From IMG/VR virus record IMGVR_UViG_3300021093_000107, positions 1 to 52,409 of that record: a stretch of 52,409 nt of DNA; one strand, 5' to 3'. The DNA comes from a virus. Taxonomy: Duplodnaviria; Caudoviricetes. Under the pieces are notes generated by a model. The model was given only the letters and a program-made list of their open reading frames with translations. It was not told where the DNA came from and made no database searches. Below, piece by piece: positions 1-8,990 of the stretch; the first letter of the stretch is position 1, and each line of letters opens with the position of its first letter. The position numbers were made by a program, and so were the translations under genes.

Positions 1-815
1 GCTTAGCAGACGCAGTTACAGTTAAAAATACATCAGGTACAGGCATTGCAGTTCCAGCAGGTAAAACCATGTTTGTGTTTAATAACGGTACTAACGTAGT
101 TGATGCTGTTAGTTTTGTTACCGGTACAGCTACTTCAGGCGCTAATTCAGATATTACATCGTTATCAGGTTTAACTACTCCTCTTTCAGTACCACAAGGT
201 GGTACAGGCGCTGCTACACTAACAGCTAATAATGTTATTTTAGGAAATGGAACCTCTGCGGTATCATTTGTAGCCCCAAGTACAACAGGTAATTTATTAA
301 CATCTAACGGTACAACTTGGACATCTGCGGCAGCGCCAACATCGTTTGTAGCAGGTATGATTATAATGTGGTCAGGTACTATTGCTACTATTCCTAGTGG
401 TTGGTATTTATGTAACGGTTCTAACGGAACGCCTGACTTACGAGATAAATTTATTATTGGTGCAAATGCTGATAGTGGTGGTGCTGCTAAAACAAATATT
501 ACAGGAACACCTACACAAACAGGCGGTACTAAAGACGCTATAGTCGTATCGCATACTCATACTGCAACATCTACTGTTACAGACCCACAACACAACCATA
601 CACCACAAACTTTAGGTTCAGCTCAAGCTGGTTCTGATAATGGTGGAGCTCCTGTCGATGCAAGTACAGGTTATGGCACAGGTAGAACATCATCTGTAAC
701 AAGTAGCAGCTCAACAGGTATCACAGTAGCTACATCTATCTCTACCGCAGGTTCTAGTGGTACTGACCAAAACTTACCACCTTACTATGCACTAGCATTT
801 ATTATGAAAAGTTAG
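1..815 (+). CDS. Tail fibre protein with tail-collar domain (5' partial)
   Basis: Frame is open from position 3; GGTGA fibre motif; collar motif GMIIMWSG..IPSGWYLCNG..TPDLRDKF; C-terminal NLPPYYALAFIMK. Confidence 0.85.
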   Translation, partial: LADAVTVKNTSGTGIAVPAGKTMFVFNNGTNVVDAVSFVTGTATSGANSDITSLSGLTTPLSVPQGGTGAATLTANNVILGNGTSAVSFVAPSTTGNLLTSNGTTWTSAAAPTSFVAGMIIMWSGTIATIPSGWYLCNGSNGTPDLRDKFIIGANADSGGAAKTNITGTPTQTGGTKDAIVVSHTHTATSTVTDPQHNHTPQTLGSAQAGSDNGGAPVDASTGYGTGRTSSVTSSSSTGITVATSISTAGSSGTDQNLPPYYALAFIMKS

Positions 816-816
816 T

Positions 817-885
817 ATGAAAGTTTTTATTGGCGTTTTAATTGTACTTTGCCTTTTATGGTGGGTACATTATTTAGGAGTTTAA
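817..885 (+). CDS. 22-aa single-TM peptide MKVFIGVLIVLCLLWWVHYLGV
   Basis: Read by hand; exactly fills the gap between the fibre stop (815) and the holin start (887); hydrophobic. Confidence 0.45.
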   Translation: MKVFIGVLIVLCLLWWVHYLGV

Positions 886-886
886 T

Positions 887-1369
887 ATGTTAACTTTATT
901 TTCTACACTTATATCTTTTCTCTCAGGTGGGTTGCCACGTGTACTTGATTTCTTTCAAGATAGATCAGATAAAAAACAAGAACTTGCTTTAGCACAATTG
1001 CAAATAGAACGTGAGTTACAACTTAAAAAAGCAGGGTTAGAAGTACAAGAACGTATTGAAGAAATTGAACTACGCGGCATAGAGACAGAAGCTGCAGTAC
1101 AAGAACGATCTGCATTATATAACCACGATATTGAAATAGGACGTGGCGCATCACGTTGGGTAATAAACTTAAGAGCAAGTGTTAGACCGGTGATTACTTA
1201 TGGCATGTTTATATTGTTTGCCTTCGTAGAGATATTTGGTTTTTATTATGCAACGCATTCTAATGTTGATTTTATGGTAGCGTTAGAAACATTGTGGAAC
1301 AGAGACACACAAATTATTTGGGCTTCCATCGTTTCGTTTTGGTTTGGTACACAAGCTTTTAAGAAATGA
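887..1369 (+). CDS. Holin (GTA 3TM holin-like)
   Basis: N-terminal hydrophobic helix, coiled coil, W..LRASVRPVITY and terminal FWFG motifs; overlaps the lysozyme start. Confidence 0.75.
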   Translation: MLTLFSTLISFLSGGLPRVLDFFQDRSDKKQELALAQLQIERELQLKKAGLEVQERIEEIELRGIETEAAVQERSALYNHDIEIGRGASRWVINLRASVRPVITYGMFILFAFVEIFGFYYATHSNVDFMVALETLWNRDTQIIWASIVSFWFGTQAFKK

Positions 1370-1809
1370 AACTAAGTGTTAAAGGACTTAACCTTATTAA
1401 GCATTTTGAAGGCGTTCGTTATAGGCCCTATCGTTGTAGTGCTGGGCTTTGGACTGTTGGCGTGGGTCATCTTATTGGGGATGGTAAATCTTTGCCTAAG
1501 GCTTGGAATAGAGTTTTTACGGAGCAAGAAATAAATGCGTTCTTTATACGGGATATCTTTCGATTTGAACGAGGAGTGGGAGTGTATATTAAGGTGCCTC
1601 TTAGACAATCTGAGTTTGACGCTTTGTGTTCTTTTAGCTTTAACCTTGGTTTGGGGACATTACAGCGATCAACCCTCCGTCAAAAAATTAATCGAGGTGA
1701 TAAAAAAGACGCTGCTAAAGAAATACTAAGATACTGTAGAGCTGGCGGTAAAATTATTAAAGGGCTTCAAAGGCGACGCGAAGCTGAATATCAAATGTTT
1801 TTAGGGTAA
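1366..1809 (+). CDS. Endolysin, GH24 phage lysozyme
   Basis: IKHFEG..PY.C.AG.WTVGVGH catalytic region; FDAL.SF.FNLG; GL.RRR.AE. Confidence 0.93.
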   Translation: MKLSVKGLNLIKHFEGVRYRPYRCSAGLWTVGVGHLIGDGKSLPKAWNRVFTEQEINAFFIRDIFRFERGVGVYIKVPLRQSEFDALCSFSFNLGLGTLQRSTLRQKINRGDKKDAAKEILRYCRAGGKIIKGLQRRREAEYQMFLG

Positions 1810-1811
1810 TC

Positions 1812-4082
1812 ATGCCATTAAGTAAATTAATATTTAAACCAGGAGCAAATCGAGATCAAAGTAATTATGCCTCTGAAGGTAGTTGGTTTGACATGGATAA
1901 GGTTCGCTTTCGTTCAGGCTTTCCTGAAAAAATAGGTGGATGGAGACCTCAAAACTTTACAGCTTACATTGGCTCTGCACGCAGTGTTTTTACATGGGGT
2001 ACTACTGATGGTAGCGAACTTGTAGGTGTAGGTACTAATGAAAAAATTTATGTATCTGCAGGCACTAATATATATGACATTACTCCTTTAAGAACTACTC
2101 TTACTACCCCTGCTACAGATAACTGCATCAACACAACCAATACTTCTACTACTGTTACTATTAATGTATCAGGACACGGTTTAACAACAGGTGACTATGT
2201 TACCATAAGTGGTGTTGTAGCACCTACCACAACATATACAGTTACTGTAAGTTATGGTGTATTTTATATTAATGGTGCACCTCAACCAGTTTTATATTTA
2301 GATGAAGGTAGTACCTATATATTTGATCAATCTGATGGATCTAACCTAGGTCATCCGTTAAAATTTAGTTCTACTACACCGTCAATTACACTTTATGAAG
2401 TAGGAGTTACTTATAACGGAACACCAGGGAATGCAGGGGCATATACACAAATTGTAGTCGCGTCAGGTGCACCGACTTTGTATTATATATGTACAGTTCA
2501 TGGTGCAGGAATGGGTAATACTGTTTATACAACAGGTGTATCAAATATAGGCGGTGTCCCAATTACAGAAATTAATGCAGAACATGAAGTTACTGTAACA
2601 ACTGCTAGTCAATTTACCATTACAGCCACAACCGCTGCTACAAGCACTACAACAAATCAAGGCGGCACTGCCATTAGTATTGCATGTCAAATTACAACGG
2701 GGAACGCAATAGTAACCGCGGGTTATGGCTGGGGCACAGGCACTTGGGCGCGTGGTACATGGGGTTCTAGCTCAACAGTACCTATATTACTGCCTCCAAG
2801 ACTTATATTTCAAGATAAATTTAATAATGATTTAGTGTTTAATATTAGAGAATCTTTTATTTATTATTGGGAGTATGTGACTGCATTTAACACACGAGCA
2901 GTATTATTAAGTGCTCTATCAGGTGCAGTTGCAGTTCCTCAACAAGTTACTAAAATATTATTTTCACCACAAGGATTTTTATTAGCTTTAGGTTGTACAA
3001 GCTATAATGCTGCAGGAGCATCACCTAATTACTTAGGCACGTTTGATCCTATGCTTGTGCGATGGTCTAATGTTGATGCTGATATAGGCCCTGAGCCAGA
3101 AAACTGGCAACCTACTTTAACTAATACCGCAGGATTTTTACGGCTACAAGCAGGGTCGGCTATTGTTACAGGTATATCTACAAAACAAGAAGTACTAGTG
3201 TGGACAGAAACAACACTTACATCACTACAATTTTTAGGTACATCAGAAGTGTTTGGTCAACAACTCATAGCTAACGCTATTACTATTATGGCGCCTAATG
3301 TGGTTGTTCCCGCTAATAACGTAATTTACTGGATGGGTAATGATAAGTTCTATATATACTCAGGTCGTGTAGACACCTTACCTTGTACCCTACGTCAGTA
3401 CGTGTTTGATGATATTAATAGAGATCAAGCAGATTTATTCTTTGCGGGGTCTAACGCAGAATTTAATGAAGTTATTTGGTTTTATTGCTCATCTAGCTCT
3501 AGTGAGATTGATCGTTATGTTATTTATAATTACTCAGAAAATATTTGGTATTTTGGTACCATACAAAGAACAGCATGGATTGATGCAGGGCTTATTAAGT
3601 ATCCGCTAGGTTTAAATAATGGATATATTTATTATCACGAATTAGGACATGATGATGGTCAACCGTTAGGTGCACCGCCTGTAGCTATTAATTCTTACAT
3701 ACAGTCTGCTGACATTGACATTGAAGATGGTGATAAATACATGCTTATGCGTCGTGTCATTCCAGATGTTAATTTTACAACTTCTGATTTAAATAACTAT
3801 GTAACGGGTGCATCACTCACACCAGAAGCAACGATAACCGTAGGGGTACGTAATTTTCCAGGTGCTACATCGTCAACTACTAATGTGGCAGGTGAATCAA
3901 CAGCAGAGACTGTGACTGTAACAGGCACCACCACGGCTACAATTAATCAATATACTAATCAAGTATTTGTAAGAGCACGTGGTAGGCAAATGAATTTTAA
4001 AATTAGTTCTACTGGTATAGGGGTTCAATGGCAACTAGGTATGCCTCGTGTGGATGCAAGGCCTGATGGATTAAGAAACTAA
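1812..4082 (+). CDS. Tail/nozzle (stabilisation-type) virion protein with inserted domains
   Basis: 756 aa; VRWS, YWMG.DKFY, EVIWFY and YVIYNY beta-repeat motifs of podoviral tail hub proteins; lies before the ejection genes. Confidence 0.65.
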   Translation: MPLSKLIFKPGANRDQSNYASEGSWFDMDKVRFRSGFPEKIGGWRPQNFTAYIGSARSVFTWGTTDGSELVGVGTNEKIYVSAGTNIYDITPLRTTLTTPATDNCINTTNTSTTVTINVSGHGLTTGDYVTISGVVAPTTTYTVTVSYGVFYINGAPQPVLYLDEGSTYIFDQSDGSNLGHPLKFSSTTPSITLYEVGVTYNGTPGNAGAYTQIVVASGAPTLYYICTVHGAGMGNTVYTTGVSNIGGVPITEINAEHEVTVTTASQFTITATTAATSTTTNQGGTAISIACQITTGNAIVTAGYGWGTGTWARGTWGSSSTVPILLPPRLIFQDKFNNDLVFNIRESFIYYWEYVTAFNTRAVLLSALSGAVAVPQQVTKILFSPQGFLLALGCTSYNAAGASPNYLGTFDPMLVRWSNVDADIGPEPENWQPTLTNTAGFLRLQAGSAIVTGISTKQEVLVWTETTLTSLQFLGTSEVFGQQLIANAITIMAPNVVVPANNVIYWMGNDKFYIYSGRVDTLPCTLRQYVFDDINRDQADLFFAGSNAEFNEVIWFYCSSSSSEIDRYVIYNYSENIWYFGTIQRTAWIDAGLIKYPLGLNNGYIYYHELGHDDGQPLGAPPVAINSYIQSADIDIEDGDKYMLMRRVIPDVNFTTSDLNNYVTGASLTPEATITVGVRNFPGATSSTTNVAGESTAETVTVTGTTTATINQYTNQVFVRARGRQMNFKISSTGIGVQWQLGMPRVDARPDGLRN

Positions 4083-4083
4083 C

Positions 4084-4383
4084 ATGGCTTTAAAATTATT
4101 TTCAACGCCATCACTACCGTTAGCGCCGAATGCTTATGATCCTGAGTATTTTAATCAAGTAATACGAGCTCTTAACGTATATTTTGGGCAACAAAATTCT
4201 ACAACGCCTATTGTAATAGATAGTATAACATTGTTAGCACTACCTACCAGTGCATTAAGTCAAAGAGTAGGTACCGTATATAACGATAGTGGCGTTTTAA
4301 AGATTGTTTTAGAGAATACCATTAGTGGTGTAGCAGGTGCAGTTAACTTAGTGGGTATAGCCCCCACAATTACAGTAGCATAA
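4084..4383 (+). CDS. Small virion protein
   Basis: LPLAP..YD..YF motif; tightly packed in the late operon. Confidence 0.55.
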   Translation: MALKLFSTPSLPLAPNAYDPEYFNQVIRALNVYFGQQNSTTPIVIDSITLLALPTSALSQRVGTVYNDSGVLKIVLENTISGVAGAVNLVGIAPTITVA

Positions 4384-4430
4384 AGGCTTAGAAACATGAT
4401 ATTATTAGACAAAATTAAGGACTCATCTCT

Positions 4431-5849
4431 ATGAACTACCCAGCAAAAGAATCCGCACAAGGTTTAGCATCTTTAGGTCGCTACGGCGATACAATGCTAG
4501 TCCATATGAACCCTAAAGAAGTAGCAGGACTTCAAAGTTTAGCTATGGCTCAAGGTAGCTCATTAACTATTAACCCTGATACTGGTATGCCTGAGGCATT
4601 CTTAGGTGGTTTATTTAATTTTGCTGCCCCAATAATAGCTGGATATTTTAAGTTTGATCCTTGGCTTGTGGCGGGTATTATGGGAGGTAAATCTCTTATT
4701 GAAGGCGACGATCCTATCGAAACGGCTATGTCAGCATTTGGTGGTTATAGCGGTGCTAAATTAGGTAGGGGACTACTAGATTTTTCTACACCTTTAAAAG
4801 TGCCTACTGCTGAAGCGAATACATTTGCAGGTACGACTGAAGGTGTAGGTAATATTGATCCATCAAACCTTATGAATGTAGGCCCTAAAGTAGCAGATAC
4901 AACTCCATACAATAAGATAGATAAGATAGCTTCCATAGGATACACAGGTCCAACAGCACCTAACTATAAAGTTCCATCAACTTCAGCAGGTATACAAGGC
5001 GGTATTAAGGTAGATGAGGCTCTTCCTGTAAGCGTTCGAAATATTGGAGCATCAGAGTTTAAAAAACCACAACAAATATCTATTCCTGATGCAACAGAAC
5101 CTGTCACACTTACAGGCAGTTTATCAAAAGCGTTAGAAGACCCTGTAGGTTTTGCAAGACATGTAGGTGAAGGTGATGCTTTAATGGGAGGTGCTAAGAT
5201 TGGTATGTATGCAGCTTCTCCACTTATAGAAGGTATGTTACAACCACCAGAATTTTCAATGGGTAGAAGTGATGATGAGAAATATGTTCCTGGAAGAAGC
5301 TTACAATTAAGCAACGATACAGGTTTAAGACTATTACCTAATTTAAATTTACCTAAAACCGCTAAAGCAGGTGGCATTATTAATTCTTATGCTACTGGTG
5401 GTACAATTCAATCAGGTGGTATTAGAGACTTATATGGTACACCAGATAATCAACCTACCATATCTCCAGGATTAGGAGGATTTGGTTTGGGTCGTCTTAA
5501 TAATCTTGCAGGTGAACAAGCTATGACTCAAGCACAAACATTAGGTTATGCTATGGGTGGTTTAACTGCATTAAAAAGCGGTGGACAATCAGGTGGTTAC
5601 TTAAATGGTGCCGGTGATGGTATGTCAGACTCAATTCCTGCTACAATAGAAGGTAAGCAACCAGCACGTTTGGCAGACGGTGAATTCGTAATACCAGCTG
5701 ATGTTGTTAGTCATTTAGGTAATGGCTCTTCTAAAGCTGGATCAAAAAGATTATATGCGATGCTAGATAAAGTAAGACGTGCACGTACTGGTACTAAAAA
5801 ACAAGGTAAACAAATTAAAGCAGAGAAGTACTTACCAAAAGTAGCATGA
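4431..5849 (+). CDS. Putative internal virion/ejection protein
   Basis: GRYGDTMLVHMNP.EV..INP.TG.PEAF N-terminal module; C-terminal GDGMSDSIPA..ARLADGEFVIPADVVS module; Gly/Ala rich. Confidence 0.65.
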   Translation: MNYPAKESAQGLASLGRYGDTMLVHMNPKEVAGLQSLAMAQGSSLTINPDTGMPEAFLGGLFNFAAPIIAGYFKFDPWLVAGIMGGKSLIEGDDPIETAMSAFGGYSGAKLGRGLLDFSTPLKVPTAEANTFAGTTEGVGNIDPSNLMNVGPKVADTTPYNKIDKIASIGYTGPTAPNYKVPSTSAGIQGGIKVDEALPVSVRNIGASEFKKPQQISIPDATEPVTLTGSLSKALEDPVGFARHVGEGDALMGGAKIGMYAASPLIEGMLQPPEFSMGRSDDEKYVPGRSLQLSNDTGLRLLPNLNLPKTAKAGGIINSYATGGTIQSGGIRDLYGTPDNQPTISPGLGGFGLGRLNNLAGEQAMTQAQTLGYAMGGLTALKSGGQSGGYLNGAGDGMSDSIPATIEGKQPARLADGEFVIPADVVSHLGNGSSKAGSKRLYAMLDKVRRARTGTKKQGKQIKAEKYLPKVA

Positions 5850-6259
5850 ACACCGTACAAATCGTAGCACCCAACAATGTATATCACGTTTGGGATGATA
5901 TAAGTAGTTATCTAGAAGCATCTATAAATGTAAGTGGTGGTGATTTTACTTTAGAGCAATTAAAGTTATTACTAGTAAGAGGTGAACAAACTTTATTAGT
6001 GTCTGTTAATGATAACAAAAAAATAAACGGAGCTATGACAGTTGAGTTTATAAATAATCCTAATGCAAGAACTATGTTTATTACAGCATTAGGTGGATTA
6101 GGCATAGTAAATGAAGAAACGTTTAGCCAAGTAGAAACATGGGCTAAAATGCAAGGTGCAACAAAAGCTAGTGCTTGGGCGCAAGAGACGCAGGCTAGAC
6201 TCTATAAAATAAAAACAAACTTTAATACTGTAAGAATGGTTGTGGAGAAAGATTTATGA
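5846..6259 (+). CDS. Hypothetical virion-module protein, possibly GNAT-like
   Basis: 137 aa, overlaps both neighbours; position typical of the acetyltransferase-fold gene before ejection proteins. Confidence 0.45.
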   Translation: MNTVQIVAPNNVYHVWDDISSYLEASINVSGGDFTLEQLKLLLVRGEQTLLVSVNDNKKINGAMTVEFINNPNARTMFITALGGLGIVNEETFSQVETWAKMQGATKASAWAQETQARLYKIKTNFNTVRMVVEKDL

Positions 6260-7374
6260 AATTATTTAATTTGTTTACTTGGGTAACTGACCTAGTAGAA
6301 GCATTTACATTTTATGGTGGCTCTAGAGGTGGTGGAGGCGGGGGACCAAGCAATACTACACAAACTTCTTACTCTACAAATTTACCTGAATATGCTAAGC
6401 CATACTATGAAGAACTTTTAAAACAAACTGGTCAACAAGTATATAAGACTGATGCATCAGGCGCAGTTACAGGCGTTAAAGAGTTTGTACCCTATACAGG
6501 TGAACGTATAGCAGAATTTACTCCAGAACAAAGAGCAGTCCAAGCACAAACCGCAGGACTTACACAACCAGGTCAATTTGCGGGCGCAACAACAGGCTTA
6601 GGTACCGGTACAACTATGGGTCTTGGTGCAGGTGTAGCAGGACTTGGTCAAGCTTTTGGATATACGCCTATGGCTATATCCGGTGGTACGTTTGATGCTC
6701 CAGCCGCATCTTATTACATGTCACCTTATCAAACAGGTGTTACAGATATTGCAGTACGTGAAGCCGAAAAACAAAGAGATTTAGCAAGAGCAGGAAGAAT
6801 GACTGGGGCTATCGGTCGTGGTACATTTGGTGGTGCTCGTCAAACATTAGCTGATATAGAAGCAGAAAGATTAGCAGCTCAAAACATAGCAGACATTAGA
6901 GCACGTGGCCAACAAGAAGCATTTATGAATGCGCAACAACAGTTTGAACGTGATCAAGCACGTCGTATGCAAGCGGCTCAATTAGGTCAACAAGCACAAC
7001 AATATCAAGCAGGTATTGGTAAAGACATCGGTCTTGCAGGATTGACTGCAGGCTTACAAGGTTCACAAGCATTAGGGGCTCTTGGTGCTCAACAACAAGC
7101 AAGTGATATTGAAAGACTTAAAGCGCAGGCAGCGTCAGCAGGCGAGTCACAAGCATTACAACAAGAAAGACTTAACCAAGCATATCAACAGTTCCAAGAA
7201 CGACAAAACTTCCAAAAAGCACAACTTGATTATCTCAGTAATATTTTACGTGGTAACGTGGGTGCACTAGGTTCAACTCAAGTTGCATACGCTCCAGCAC
7301 CAAGTCTAGCTTCTCAAATTGGAGGTCTTGGCTTAGCAGGACTAGGTTTATATAATGTATTAGGTAAAGGTTAA
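6256..7374 (+). CDS. Putative DNA ejection protein
   Basis: GGGGG then TTQT..LPEYAKPY, YMSPY, GTFGGAR; Q/A/G-rich helices; hydrophobic Gly-rich C-terminus. Confidence 0.65.
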   Translation: MKLFNLFTWVTDLVEAFTFYGGSRGGGGGGPSNTTQTSYSTNLPEYAKPYYEELLKQTGQQVYKTDASGAVTGVKEFVPYTGERIAEFTPEQRAVQAQTAGLTQPGQFAGATTGLGTGTTMGLGAGVAGLGQAFGYTPMAISGGTFDAPAASYYMSPYQTGVTDIAVREAEKQRDLARAGRMTGAIGRGTFGGARQTLADIEAERLAAQNIADIRARGQQEAFMNAQQQFERDQARRMQAAQLGQQAQQYQAGIGKDIGLAGLTAGLQGSQALGALGAQQQASDIERLKAQAASAGESQALQQERLNQAYQQFQERQNFQKAQLDYLSNILRGNVGALGSTQVAYAPAPSLASQIGGLGLAGLGLYNVLGKG

Positions 7375-7376
7375 TT

Positions 7377-8990
7377 ATGAATATCGTTAAACTTCAAAAT
7401 ATGTTACGCGGTGCGCCTGATGAAGCACTTATTAATTATGTTCAAAATCCACAAGGTCAAGTACCTAGTTATTTAGTATTAAGTGAATTACAAAGACGTA
7501 AAGATACACGTGCTAAATACCAAGCTGAAAAAGCTCCAGAAACAAGTGTTGCAGAAGACGTAATACAAGAAGCTCAACCAGGCGGCCTTGCGATGTTAGC
7601 TAAAAACCCTGTCCTCTCTCCAGGTGCTCCTATGTCGCAAGGTGTCGCCGACTTACCTGTACCTGATGATATGTACCAAGATCAAAACTTTGCAGGTGGT
7701 GGTATTGTTGCGTTTGAAGATGGTGGCCCAGTAGCTACATCACGATTTAGTGATTTTTTCTCAGGACTTAGATCTACTAATTTAGCTAAACAAGCTATTA
7801 ATAGACAGATTAATGCGTTGATTTCTGAAAAGGCTAGATTAAAATATGACTATCTAACACCTCTCACACCAGAACAAAAAACTGCACAAGAACAAACTAT
7901 ACCTCAAATTGATAAAATGATTGCAGACTTAGAGGCACAGAAAAAAACTATAGGTAGTTCGCCGACGGTAGAAAAACCAAGACTAGCTCCTCCAGGTCTT
8001 GCTTCATTAGATACTGGATCAAGTGCTAGGTTTACTAATGAAGATATTGCTAATATGGAGCCTTATAGAAAGGCCGCAATGCCTCGCATGGATACCATGC
8101 CTACTAAACCTACTGAAGATATAACTAAACCTATGCCAGGACCTGCAGTAACTCCTAAAGATGCGGGCATCAGTAGCTTATTAGAAGACACAGAAGGCTT
8201 AGCTGAGAAGAGAGCGGAACGATATAGAAAGATGGTAGGCGAAGATCCTGAACGTGCTAACCTAGAAAAACTTGTTAAGAAATATGAGACAGGTGCTGGT
8301 GAACAAGAACGTATGGCACCATGGATGGCATTAGCTAGAGCTGGCTTTACTATGGCTGGTGGTAAATCACCATTTGCAATTCAGAACTTATCTGAAGGGG
8401 CTGTTGCAGGACTTACTGACTACGTAATAGCTAAAGATAGACTTGACAAACTTACTGAAAGACAAATTGATATTAAAACTAAAATGCAACAAGCTAAACG
8501 CGCTGAAGATATTGCAGCGGCTACATACGGGCTTAATAGTGAAGCTGCGGTTGAAGCACGTAATGCTCAAGTTAAACTTAAAGATATGGAAGAGAAGAAT
8601 GCATTCGCTCGTACGAAGTATTCAGCTGACGTATCAACTAAGAATGCTATGATTGCAGCGGCTAGGAAATCTGACTTTGAAACCTTTTTAAGTCTTGCTG
8701 AAAAAGATGAGGATAATTACAAAACTGTCAAAGATAAAGACGGCACCGTACGTAAAGTATTTGATGTAAGTAAAGTTACACAAGCGTATAAATCATTTAG
8801 TGGTTCAAGTGGACTAGATGATGATAAATTAGCAATTATTTGGGATAATAGTAAATATGATAAAGATTTTATTAAAAAATATCCTACTCCCGCAGATTAT
8901 ATATTAGACCAAAGAGCTAAACTTTCTGGTAGTGCAGCTCCGTCTGCTTCCGCTTCTTCCTCACAGTGGGGCCCTTTAAAAGTTAAATAA
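7377..8990 (+). CDS. Putative DNA ejection protein
   Basis: 537 aa, helical; lies between ejection-type genes. Confidence 0.55.
   Translation: MNIVKLQNMLRGAPDEALINYVQNPQGQVPSYLVLSELQRRKDTRAKYQAEKAPETSVAEDVIQEAQPGGLAMLAKNPVLSPGAPMSQGVADLPVPDDMYQDQNFAGGGIVAFEDGGPVATSRFSDFFSGLRSTNLAKQAINRQINALISEKARLKYDYLTPLTPEQKTAQEQTIPQIDKMIADLEAQKKTIGSSPTVEKPRLAPPGLASLDTGSSARFTNEDIANMEPYRKAAMPRMDTMPTKPTEDITKPMPGPAVTPKDAGISSLLEDTEGLAEKRAERYRKMVGEDPERANLEKLVKKYETGAGEQERMAPWMALARAGFTMAGGKSPFAIQNLSEGAVAGLTDYVIAKDRLDKLTERQIDIKTKMQQAKRAEDIAAATYGLNSEAAVEARNAQVKLKDMEEKNAFARTKYSADVSTKNAMIAAARKSDFETFLSLAEKDEDNYKTVKDKDGTVRKVFDVSKVTQAYKSFSGSSGLDDDKLAIIWDNSKYDKDFIKKYPTPADYILDQRAKLSGSAAPSASASSSQWGPLKVK

Noticed and set aside
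1-815. Diversity-generating retroelement acting on the tail fibre
   Set aside because: No reverse transcriptase and no template/variable repeat pair noticed in the window
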